Source: Macrostomum lignano (lineage: Eukaryota). From it: a stretch of DNA of 64,000 nucleotides. A program made the translations under genes and the position numbers. This document shows, one piece after another, positions 52,542-64,000 of the stretch. Each line of letters starts with the position of its first letter. Within the stretch, counting starts at the first letter, position 1. The DNA lies in NCBI GenBank assembly GCA_002269645.1, contig NIVC01000376.1, positions 186,001 to 250,000 on the forward strand, in the 5' to 3' direction. The notes beneath the pieces were generated by a model. The model was not told the origin of the DNA. It did not search any database and saw nothing but the letters and a program-made list of their open reading frames with translations.

Positions 52542-52763
52542 TGAACGGAGGCTGGTCTTCCTGGTCCGCCTGGAGCGGCTGCGACCCCGGCTGCCAGATG
52601 GACACAACGGCGCCATCCTCCGAAGCCGTCAGCTGCCCGGAGATCTGCTTCAGCCAGCGCCGCTCAAGGCTGAGGTACTGCGACAGTCCGGAGCCAAAGC
52701 TGGGCGGCAAGCCCTGCGAGGGAGAGCGGAGTCAAGCAGAGGACTGCAGCAGCAGGTGCACCG
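52542..52763 (+). CDS. unc-5: UNC5 thrombospondin type-1 repeat 1 exon
   Basis: VNGGWSSWSAWSGC...RLRYCDSPEPKLGGKPCEG...C; acceptor aacccag, donor gtgagt at 52764 (phase 1). Confidence 0.92.
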
Positions 52764-52769
52764 GTGAGT

Positions 52770-53185
52770 CGGAGGGATGCAGGGTGAGAGATGAAGGTAC
52801 ATCTAGATGCAGTTTTGGAGATGCAGGGACAGCTAGATGCAGGGTGGAAGGTGAAGGGACATATAGATGCAGGGTGGGAGGTGAAGGGACAGCTCGATGC
52901 AGGGTGGGAGGTGAAGGGACAGCTAGATGCAGGGTCGGAGATGAAGGGACATATAGATGCAGGGTGGGAGATGAAGGGACAGCTAGATGCAGGGTGGGAG
53001 GTGAAGGGACATATAGATGCAGGGTGGGAGGTGAAGGGACAGCTAGATGCAGGGTCGGAGATGAAGGGACAGCTAGATGCAGGGTCAGAGATGAAGGGAC
53101 AGCTAGATGCAGGGTGGGAGATGAAGGGACATATAGAAAGATGCAGGGTGGGAGATGAAGGGACAGCTAGATGCAGGGTGGGAAT
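52770..53185. repeat. 30-bp minisatellite AGATGCAGGGTGGGAGATGAAGGGACAGCT
   Basis: Starts right after the TSP1-1 donor. Confidence 0.93.
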
Positions 53186-53879
53186 GTATCCTGGATGATC
53201 AGGCAAGGATAAAACCTTGACTCGCGTGATGCCCCCTGCAGAGTAAAACTGTAAATAAAAAAATCAATCAATTGGAAAGAGTAGACTTTCTGCAGTGGAT
53301 AAGCGGGCCTCAAATTCATTGATTGAGTTCAATAAAGAAACAAAGATAGAATTAAGCAAAAAGTCTATTCTGACTGTAAGCTACTCGCTACACAAATGAA
53401 TTTGCATCTCTCAGGGGGGGGCACTCAAGAAAGCATTGGCTAGTTAAAAATGCAAATCAAATAGATTTAATTCAGTTCCGGAGATACTCGAGTGGCTGTG
53501 AATTTGTTTGAGTGCTTGGCGGAGCGCAGGATGCCGGCTTTGAGGGGCTCAATAGGTATCTTTGACTCAAAGAAGTCGGTCCCGGTCTCTCTGTGCACGT
53601 TGACAATCGCTGCACTTTTTCACTCATTCACCGCCCAGCCGAGGACAGAATCTCTTCTTCTTCTGCTGCTAAATGCAGTTTCTGCTAGAGGCAGAAAAAT
53701 ACTCTTTATTGAAGCGTAAACAGTTTGAAGTAGCGTGCGCGATTTTTCTGCTGCTTTCAATACGAGAGAAATTTGTCTGTTTATCAACCCGGGGAGACCC
53801 CCCCTCCTTGAGGCTGTCAGCCTTTCCTCTTGCTCTCAAGGGAGATTCAGTGAGAGAGATATGAAGAGGGTTCATGCAC

Positions 53880-54075
53880 TGGAGATGCAGGAGGAGATGC
53901 AGGAAGAGAAGATGAAGGGAGCGAGATGCAGGGAGGGGAGATGCAGGGAGGAGAGATGCAGGGAGGGGAGATGCAGGGAGGGGAGATGCAGGGAGGGGAG
54001 ATGCAGGGAGGAGAGATGCAGGGAGGGGAGATGCAGGGAGGAGAGATGCAGGGAGGGGAGATGTAGGGAGGGAGA
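53880..54075. repeat. 15-bp repeat GAGATGCAGGGAGG(G/A)
   Basis: Tandem copies. Confidence 0.9.
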
Positions 54076-54283
54076 TTCAAGAAGGAAAGATGTAGGGAGG
54101 GAGTTGAAGGGAGCGAGATACAGGTAGCCACACGAAGGGAGGAGAAGGATGCAGGGAGAGACCTACATGGAGGAGATTATTGCGGTAGTGAGATCTATCA
54201 GATGCAGAGCGAGATGCAAGTAGCAAGGCAACAAGCGCAGCGAATTCTCACACTCTCACGCTCCCCACCCCCCTGCTCTGCAG

Positions 54284-54502
54284 TGCACGGTCGCTGGGGC
54301 GAGTGGAGCAGCTGGGGCATCTGCAACGCCGACTGCGTGTCGGTGCGCCAGCGCCTGTGCAACAATCCGCCTCCGAGGAACGGCGGGCGGCCCTGCAGCG
54401 GAGGCTCTGACGAAGGCGTCGAAGGCTCGTCCACATGGTCTGCCGAGCTGGCTGGCGGGAGCAAGCAGCAAAGAAATTGTACTGGAGGCGATCTGTGCAA
54501 AA
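54284..54502 (+). CDS. unc-5: UNC5 thrombospondin type-1 repeat 2 exon
   Basis: VHGRWGEWSSWGICNADC...RQRLCNNPPPRNGGRPC...NCTGGDLC; acceptor ctctgcag, donor gtgaga at 54503 (phase 1). Confidence 0.92.
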
Positions 54503-54534
54503 GTGAGATCCTCTCTAGTACTCTTGAAGAGTGC

Positions 54535-55170
54535 CCTTTTTGATAGCTGAAGTGCCATTTTTGATAGTTGAAGTGCCATTTTTGATAGTTGAAGTGCCAT
54601 TTTTGATAGTTGAAGTGCCATTTTTGATAGTTGAAGTGCCATTTTTGATAGCTGAAGTGCCATTTTTGATAGTTGAAGTGCCATTTTTGATAGTTGAAGT
54701 GCCATTTTTGATAGCTGAAGTGCCATTTTTGATAGTTGAAGTGCCATTTTTGATAGTTGAAGTGCCATTTTTGATAGTTGAAGTGCCATTTTTGATAGTT
54801 GAAGTGCCATTTTTGATAGCTGAAGTGCCATTTTTGATAGTTAAAGTACCATTTTTGATAGTTGAAGTGCCATTTTGGATAATCGAAGTGCCATTTTTGA
54901 TGGTTCAAGTGCCATTTTTGATAGCTGAAGTGCCATTTTTGATGGTTCAAGTGCCATTTTTGATAGTTGAAGTGCCATTTTTGATAGCTGAAGTGCCATT
55001 TTTGATAGTTAAAGTGCCATTTTGGATAGTTAAAGTGAGATTTTTGATGGTTCAAGTGCCATTTTTGATAGCCGAAGTGCCATTTTTGATGGTTCAAGTG
55101 CCATTTTTGATAGTTAAAGTGCCATTTTGGATAGTTGAAGTGAGATTTTTGATGGTTCAAGTGCCAGTTT
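54535..55170. repeat. 21-bp minisatellite GAAGTGCCATTTTTGATAGTT
   Basis: About 30 copies. Confidence 0.95.
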
Positions 55171-55699
55171 TTAAAAGTCAAAGGGCCATTTACAATGTAA
55201 TTTAAAGTTGGTATAGCAAGAATGCAAGCCTTTAGGAAAATATGAAACAGCCCACTAGGAGAAATCTGAAGGCCCTGGTGATTGGCTTCGGGAATCTAAG
55301 ACTCTTTTTTTGGGGAGGCCCAAGAAATTAGTTTGAATTGTTAAAGACGTTCCCATGCTGCCCAGTCTGAGGACACCGAGTGGGGGGTGATGCGGTTCTG
55401 TGGGATTCTGAGCAGTGGGTAAAACTCCAGTGCAAATTTTGCGATTTGTGAAGACGGCTGGCTGACCCAGCGGGGGCCTCCGGGGAAATTTCGGCTGCGG
55501 GAGAACTGGATTCGGGGTGGCGGCTGATCGCGAAGGAGCCAAAAGAGGGGATTGAAAACTTGGAAATTTCCCATGCAGAGGATGGGATACTGAGCGGCCC
55601 TGAGAAGGAGGGGGTCGGTTATGCTTTTTGAGGAGCCGCGAATCCAGCTCATGATTTGTACAAAACTTTGTACAGAATGCGAGGGATATGAGGAGGAGA

Positions 55700-56451
55700 C
55701 GAAATGAGAGAGGTAGAGAGGGGAGAAGGGAAGAGAGGGGAGAGGGAGAGGGGGGAAAGGAAGAGAGGGTAGAGAAAGGAAGTAGAGAAAGTAGAGAGGT
55801 AGAGGGGTAGAGAGGGAGGGGGAGAGAGGTAGAGAGGGAGAGGAGGGAGAGAGGTAGAGAGGAAGAGGGGGAGAGAGGTAGAGAGGGAGAGGGGGAGAGA
55901 GGTAGAGAGGGAGAGAGGTAAAGAGGGAGAGGGGGAGAGAGGTAGAGAGGGAGAGGGGGAGAGAGGTAGAGGGGGAGAGAGGTAGAGAGGTAGAGGGGTA
56001 GAGAGGGAGAGGGGGAGAGAGGTAGAGAGGTAGAGGGGTAGAGAGGGAGAGGGGGAGAGAGGTAGAGAGGTAGAGGGTAGAGAGGGAGAGGGGGAGAGAG
56101 GTAGAGAGGGAGAGGGAAGAGAGGTAGAGAGGTAGAGGGGAGAGAGGTAGAGAGGTAGAGGGGTAGAGAGGGAGAGGGGGAGAGAGGTAGAGAGGTAGAG
56201 GGGTAGAGAGGGAGAGGGGGAGAGAGGTAGAGAGGTAGAGGGGTAGAGAGGGAGAGGGGGAGAGAGGTAGAGAGGTAGAGGGGTAGAGAGGGAGAGGGGG
56301 AGAGAGGTAGAGAGGAGAGGGAAGAGAGGTAGAGAGGTAGAGGGGGAGAGAGGTAGAGAGGTAGAGGGGTAGAGAGGGAGAGGGGGAGAGAGGTAGAGAG
56401 GGAGAGGGGGAGAGAGGGAGAGGGGGAGAGAGGGAGAGGGCGAGAGGGAGA

Positions 56452-56531
<80 letters not shown>

Positions 56532-56600
56532 GAGAAGCTGAGAGAGGTGGAGAGGGAGAAACGGAGAGAGAGGGGGAGATATGAGAGAAGTGGTAGAAGT
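55700..56600. repeat. GA-rich array (GAGAGGTAGAGAGG) ending in (GA)n
   Basis: Purine-rich tandem units. Confidence 0.92.
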
Positions 56601-57267
56601 GACAAATGAGAGGAGAGAGGGAAGAAGAGGGAGACAAAGACCGGAAACTAAGACAGAGCATTTCTATGCAGAATCAGCTCACGAAGGCGAAGACGCAAAT
56701 CCAAGGTCGTTGGAGCCGGCGCCCCTCATAGCAGTCTCTGGCGCTCACAGCGGGTCGCAATAAAATCGGCACCCGCTGAAACTGATTGAGTTTGAGGCTA
56801 CGGAGGTCAGACAGATGGAGCGGATGGAGGCTGGATATCATGGGGAGAGGGGGAGAGAGAAGCATTCCAGGTGTACTGACTAAATATGAATTCACACAGG
56901 TTTCTAGAAGTGCATAATAGTAACAAGAAACCTACCCCCAGCCTAAAACCCTAAACTACCCCGTGTGAGCCGCATCATGAGTCACCCTGAATGCGTTCTA
57001 AGCTGTAGCCCTAGAGCCCCTCTATTGCTGCCTCGGAATGGGAGGCGCAGATGGGGAGATGACATATTTGAGCAGATAGATGGAATGAATTTTTTCTCAT
57101 TTTTTTGTGCTACAAAACAGTCAATAAAATGCTGCAAAAAATATTGATGGACAAAATGAAACTTTTAGCATTCTGCTTACAATGGGATTTGGGCCCTGCG
57201 TTTGGCTCGGCTTTTTTGCAATCCAAACCGAATCACTTTGTTTTGTTTTCACTTCCCATCATTTCAG

Positions 57268-57315
57268 AGGACAGCTCAGCAATCCCGATGTATATTAATG
57301 AGAATGGGAAGGCAG
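57268..57315 (+). CDS. unc-5: UNC5 48-nt symmetric microexon (extracellular stalk)
   Basis: Strong pyrimidine tract ttttgttttcacttcccatcatttcag, donor gcag|gtgagg; phase 1-1; encodes (K)DSSAIPMYINENGKA(G). Confidence 0.65.
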
Positions 57316-57399
57316 GTGAGGTCACACGATGACTTGAGTTTTGGCTTTTGTTTATTGAGTCTGTTGGAATTTCAGTGCATTTTCTGTTCATTGCATTTC

Positions 57400-58345
57400 C
57401 ACTTCTATCCCATATTCTATCCTTATCTTCTAACCGTATTCTATCCTTATCTTCTATAGCTAATTCGATCCTTATCTTCTATCCCATATTCTATCCTTAT
57501 CTTCTATCCCGTATTCTATCCTTATCTTCTATTCCGTATTCTATCCTTATCTTCTATCCCGTATTCTATCCTTATCTTATATCCCGTATTCTATCCTTCT
57601 CTTCTATCCCGTATTCTATCCTTATCTTATATCCCGTATTCTATCCTTCTCTTCTATCCCGTATTCTATCCTTCTCTTCTATCCCGTATTCTATCCTTAT
57701 CTTATATCCCGTATTCTATCCTTATCTTCTATCCCGTATTCTATCCTTATCTTCTAACCCGTATTCTATCCTTATCTTCTATCCCGTATTCTATCCTTAT
57801 CTTCTATCCCGTATTCTATCCTTATATTCTATCCCGTATTCTATCCTTATCTTCTAACCCGTATTCTATCCTTATCTTCTAACCGTATTCTATCCTTATC
57901 TTCTATCCCGTATTCTATCCTTATCTTCTAACCCGTATTCTATCCTTATCTTCTATCCCGTATTCTATCCTTATCTTCTATCCCGTATTCTATCCTTATA
58001 TTCTATCCCGTATTCTATCCTTATCTTCTAACCCGTATTCTATCCTTATCTTCTAACCCGTATTCTATCCTTATCTTCTATCCCGTATTCTATCCTTATA
58101 TTCTATCCCGTATTCTATCCTTATCTTCTAACCGTATTCTATCCTTATCTTCTATCCCGTATTCTATCCTTATCTTCTAACCCGTATTCTATCCTTATCT
58201 TCTATTCCGTATTCTATCCTTATCTTCTATCCCGTATTCTATCCTTATATTCTATCCCGTATTCTATCCTTATCTTCTATTCCGTATTCTATCCTTATCT
58301 TATATCCCGTATTCTATCCTTCTCTTCTATCCTGTATTCTATCCT
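57400..58345. repeat. 25-bp minisatellite TATTCTATCCTTATCTTCTATCCCG
   Basis: About 38 copies. Confidence 0.95.
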
Positions 58346-58896
58346 CAAATTATCTCCATTTCCCGCCCTGACTTTCTATAGTCTTCTCAAAGAATATTCA
58401 TTTCTGAACTGGTAAACCCAGTCAATGCGAGGCTACCAGAGGACCAGACAGCCAGTTAAGAAGCCATTACCGAGCTAAACGCCCCAGCTTAAGCCACTGT
58501 GAGCGCCAAACAGGGAGATTTCGGGGTCACGGGTTCAAAAACCAGGGAAGTCGAACTGTTGGGATTTGAGCAACTGCGGCAGCTACAGAAATCCCCATAT
58601 TACGCTCAGTGCTAAGGGAAAATCCGAAGAGAGAAGAGAAACAGTAAAAAAAAGTTTGTTGCTAACCAACTCACCAGCGAGAGGATGTAATACTCCGAGG
58701 GATTCTTCATCTGAAATGAAAAACTAATTGAACAGAACAATCTGTTAAGTCTGCTTAGGGACACTTGGCTGCGTCTGCACTGCGGGCTCGATTAGCTGCT
58801 AATCTGTGGGCTTTGCCAGTGTTGTGTGCCGGTTGCTGGGTCAGCCTGGCTTCGGTTTGGATTTCTGCTTTCAGTGTCTGTTTTCTTGTCAGCCTA

Positions 58897-59545
<649 letters not shown>

Positions 59546-59595
59546 CTGTCTGTCAGCCTGTCCCCACCAGCAGCATTCCCACGCGCTATCCGCAG

Positions 59596-59772
59596 GCAAC
59601 TCGCACAGCATGGTGGCCCTCAGCAACATAGCCATCTATGTCGGCTTATTCGTTGCCGTGACAGTCATCCTCACAGTACTAGTGGTTATTGTGTTTCTGG
59701 TCCGCAAAAAGTCCGTCGCCCTGGGTCGCAGCTCCAGCCGCAGGCGAATTCGGTACAATGTGCAGATGAACG
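59596..59772 (+). CDS. unc-5: UNC5 transmembrane exon
   Basis: [29 protein letters not shown] resembles the UNC5 'VALYVGL.AVAV' TM segment; the phase-1 acceptor is ccgcag at 59595; donor gtgagt at 59773. Confidence 0.88.
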
Positions 59773-59890
59773 GTGAGTTCCTTGAATGATTTATTTTTTT
59801 ACAAAAAGTTACTAAAGTAGCTACAAATTATGTTATTAGATTTGAGTAAAAATAGTTTATTACGCATGAATTTGCAGCGATATGAGTTGC

Positions 59891-60225
59891 TTTTTTCGTT
59901 ATTAGAGGCTTGGGGCTGTGTGCACCTAAAGCGAGAGGCATTGCTGCTCATTCCGCCGACTCCCCTGAGCAGGCACACAAGCGCGCGGATACGTACGCAG
60001 TCATTCGCACAGGCACACACTCACACAAGAGTGTACAGCGGCCCTGACTTTATTTATCGTTAGGCATGTACACTTCACTGTGCCTTGGGGGTTGGCCCTT
60101 AAGGGCACTAATTGCACGAGCAGAGCCAAGCCGAGATTCCAGTTCAGCCCCAAATTAATGTGACTGCACTTGGAATCGAGCCTGGGGCGCTGGCACATCA
60201 GAGCGCACCACTGGGCTGCGGCCCC
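59891..60225 (-). mobile_element. tRNA-derived SINE, copy 2 (same family as 2716-3079)
   Basis: Reverse complement aligns by eye along the full length with copy 1 (ctcgattccaagtgcagtcacattaatttggggctg...gcgtacgtatccgcgcgcttg...ggggagtcggcggaatg), with indels. Confidence 0.85.
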
Positions 60226-60323
60226 TGTCTGCTGCAATATCTGTTGCCTTCCTGTCTTTATCGGCCTTAATTAATCAGCCGCATCAGGTTAGTCAGTGCT
60301 TGCGAACTTTCGATAATTTACAG

Positions 60324-60377
60324 GCAACAGCTCCACAGCCAGCTCCAGTGATAAGGAGGCCATAAAACTTACTCACG
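60324..60377 (+). CDS. unc-5: UNC5 54-nt symmetric microexon (juxtamembrane cytoplasmic)
   Basis: Acceptor tttacag, donor cacg|gtaatt; phase 1-1; encodes (G)NSSTASSSDKEAIKLTH(E). Confidence 0.6.
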
Positions 60378-60614
60378 GTAATTTTAAAACTGTACTTGTA
60401 AATATTCGTTCATAATTTTGTGTCGAAGCATTGGTTGATTGAATTAATTGTTAACAATATTTTCTGATTGGTTTGACTTTACTAATACCGAATTTCATAA
60501 CACCCTGTAGAAATTGTAATTCCATCACTTATTTGTTTAATTCTGTTTCATTTGTTTGCTCAAATATTTTGGCATGGTATTTTTTTAAGAAAATAAAACA
60601 TTTTGACGTTGTAG

Positions 60615-61040
60615 GACAGACTGTAGGACAGACTGTAGGACAGGTGGACACCATGAGACAGAAACTATGAGACAGACACTTACATGTAAATAGACACTGT
60701 GGGACAGGCACTATTAGGACAGGCTCATTACAGACAGGCTCCGTGGACAGGCTCTATAAGACAGGGTCTGCAGGACAGGCTCTATAAGACAGGGTCTGCA
60801 GGACAGGCTCTATAAGACAGGGTCTGCAGGACAGGCTCTATAAGACAGGGTCTGCAGGACAGGCTCTATAAGACAGGGTCTGTAGGACAGGCTCTATAAG
60901 ACAGGGTCTGCAGGACAGGCTCTATAAGACAGTTATGTAGGACAGGTTCTATAGGACAGGCTCAGTAGGGAGGCATTACAGAAGCTCATTAGGACAGGCT
61001 CATTAGGACAGGCTCTGTAGGACAGGCTCATTAGGACAGG
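60615..61040. repeat. 28-bp minisatellite ACAGGGTCTGCAGGACAGGCTCTATAAG plus degenerate flanks
   Basis: Tandem copies. Confidence 0.88.
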
Positions 61041-61996
61041 CTCTGTAGGACAGGGTCTGACACAAAACTGTGTAGTCCATCAACACCGCTGACTTAATCA
61101 TCTCCGTCATCAACTGGCCAGCTGACAGAGCAGACTGAAAATATTAATAAAAATATTAAAACATCACTACTTTTTCCCCGGACAGCAAGAGAGGGGGAGC
61201 CGTTGATGAGCACGATAACTCACGGGAGGAATTGAGGGGAGAGCTATAGGCTATAGGGGGTTTGGGGGATATTTTTAATTTTCAACGCGCATGCAACCCT
61301 AAGAGCTGCGATGATCTCACATGGGCGGACAGGCCTGCGCTAATCAATATACTCTAGCTATCCTGCCTGCATCTCCTCCTTCATCACTACACACAGCCTC
61401 CCGAGTTCGAGGGGGGGGGGGGTTGGGTGAGGGTGGCAGCGGCGCGGCGAACAACTGAGCAATTCACAATTCCTGGGGTTGCTGCTGGCTCTCTTTTTAT
61501 TCCTTGGAAATATTCTCATCCTACTAGTTATCTTCCCCGATATTTTATCCTCCCAAACTCTCCCTGCTCCCATGAGCTCTGACATGACCCGAGTCAGCCA
61601 CCATCGTCTCAACTCTATTCTCTCTCACCCACCCCACACAGACACAAAATTTCGTTCACAGACTGCCAATTAGAATCTGAGTCAGCGGCTGCCGAACCAG
61701 GCCCAGCCCCACCTCCCACTGAGCCAGACTGAATGCTGAGCACATAGGGCAGATCTGCAGACAGCGTGTGTCAATACACACTTTGAAAGCTTTATATAAG
61801 ACAGATACTGTTTGAGGGCCCCGCTGCTTCAGGCAGTTGCTCGATTCGAGTTCGAATACAGAAATTGTCAATCTGCTTTTAGCTGGGCTTGCGGATTTTC
61901 ATTTTTCATCTCCTACTCAAGTGGATTATGACTCACTCAGAATTCGCACTGGGTAACCGGGTGCCTCGGAGAGTAATGTTTTATCCTCTTATAAGT

Positions 61997-62633
<637 letters not shown>

Positions 62634-63334
62634 GATCTACAGTAGATTAAGAGAGCTGCAACTTCAAAGAGACTTTTCGCCGGACAGTAATATTATCCAA
62701 ATCGCATTTTCCATTTCAATTAGTTCGAGTCTCCTAAATAATTTATCATCAGTTTCATCTTTATGTTTTGAGTCTGCCTGCCACGAGCCAATCGAAATGC
62801 GAAGCAGCTGAGAATATCTGATGAGGTTCATCGCCCGTCCCAGCATCCCAGGAGTCCCAATATAGAATATGACTGTTGCGTCACACTACAGACGAGTTCA
62901 AAATATTTTAACGACGGTATTTTGTCAGCTGGATTTTCGATATTACTTTGATGCGAAATTTTGGCTTTCAGTCTTATTTTAATTCCCATAGGAGCCCGCG
63001 CGGCGGGTCCTGTGAGAACTGAGAACGGTTCGTGGAATTTTGTTTAAATTTTAAATTCAATTTAGCCAGATGCTGCCAACTGGGAATCTGGATGTGACTT
63101 ATGAATTCTACAGAGAATTTAATTTGATAAAGATGAATTCTTTTTAAGATGGATTATTTCTAGGAAATCAAAATGACTGGCATATATTTATACGTCTACT
63201 AACAGTAATACTGCGTTTTTTATAACCGTTTTTTAATCCTATTTTATTAATGATCACCCGGTTTTTTAACGCTACTATTCAGGGATTTGATGCCCTATCA
63301 CTTAAATCATTTGTACTAAATCCTAATCGTAATC

Positions 63335-63341
63335 ATCATCA

Positions 63342-63391
<50 letters not shown>

Positions 63392-63392
63392 C
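63335..63392. repeat. (CAT)n microsatellite
   Basis: Trinucleotide run. Confidence 0.9.
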
Positions 63393-63497
63393 CACCAGCA
63401 GATCATCAGTGTACTAATACTAATAACAATAAAATAGTACTAATAACATCTACAATCGCACTCACTATAGAATAATCATAATAATAATCATATCCAG

Positions 63498-63929
63498 AGC
63501 TCCTCCTGCCTCCGGAGACTGGGTTTGGCAACAACAACGGCACCACTATAAAGAATCCCAACGTGATGGAGATGTCCTATAAGCAGCTGCAGCAGCAGCA
63601 GCAGCAGTCGAGTCTGCTTCAAAGCGAGCAGGCCCTCCGAGTACACCTGCCGATCTCCCAGGCCTACCATCAGCATCCCGCCGCGCTGCATCAGTCCACC
63701 AGCCTGCAGTACCGGCCGCCGAGTTCCGGTGTGTACAGCAACAGCCAGCTGGACGAGAAATGCCCCGGCGACGAGGACGCCATCAGCAGGCCCTGCTCGG
63801 CGCTGTACAACGAGCTGTCACTGGGGAGTCACGTGACCGCCTCCTTTGTCCCGGCAGGCATCTGCCACGAGCAGCTGGCGTGGGGCAGCATCGGGCCGAG
63901 CGGGGGGCGGCTATGCCTGCCTGAGGCTG
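63498..63929 (+). CDS. unc-5: UNC5 cytoplasmic linker and start of ZU5 domain (gene continues beyond window)
   Basis: Acceptor tatccag (phase 1); ends WGSIGPSGGRLCLPEA(G), the G.FG..GGRL.LP start of ZU5; donor gtgagg at 63930. Confidence 0.88.
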
Positions 63930-64000
63930 GTGAGGCTGCCATTGGGAAGAATACCCCATTGATCGCATTGGGAAGAATACCCCATTGATCCCATTGGGAA

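Noticed and set aside
61479-61732. Hydrophobic ORF and a downstream phase-1 exon-like segment (DCQLESESAAAEPGPAPPPTEPD*)
   Set aside because: The hydrophobic ORF lacks an ATG and reflects T-richness; the terminal-exon candidate has no nearby poly(A) signal or other support.

Overview
Eukaryotic (invertebrate metazoan) genomic DNA. GC3-rich exons separated by minisatellite-filled introns are reminiscent of the flatworm Macrostomum, but that is an unverified inference. Three + strand genes can be read: (1) the last exon of a C-type lectin-domain gene (752-1094); (2) a complete six-exon ammonium transporter (Amt family, 5397-10167, 516 aa as spliced here); (3) most of an UNC5 netrin receptor gene (Ig-Ig-TSP1-TSP1-TM-start of ZU5, from 21412 past the window end). 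The UNC5 gene has two candidate signal-peptide first exons, two in-frame microexons and a possible TM-less terminal exon. Roughly half the window (my estimate, about 33 kb) is some 45 different micro/minisatellite arrays, which explain nearly all long ORFs in the track. Mobile elements: two copies of a tRNA-derived SINE, a CORE-type SINE and a hAT-like MITE with an 8-bp TSD. No CRISPR, rRNA or true tRNA gene was seen. I found no convincing wholly new biological system. The best leads are UNC5 isoform architecture and the association of private minisatellites with splice sites. Exons were read by eye and repeat boundaries are approximate.
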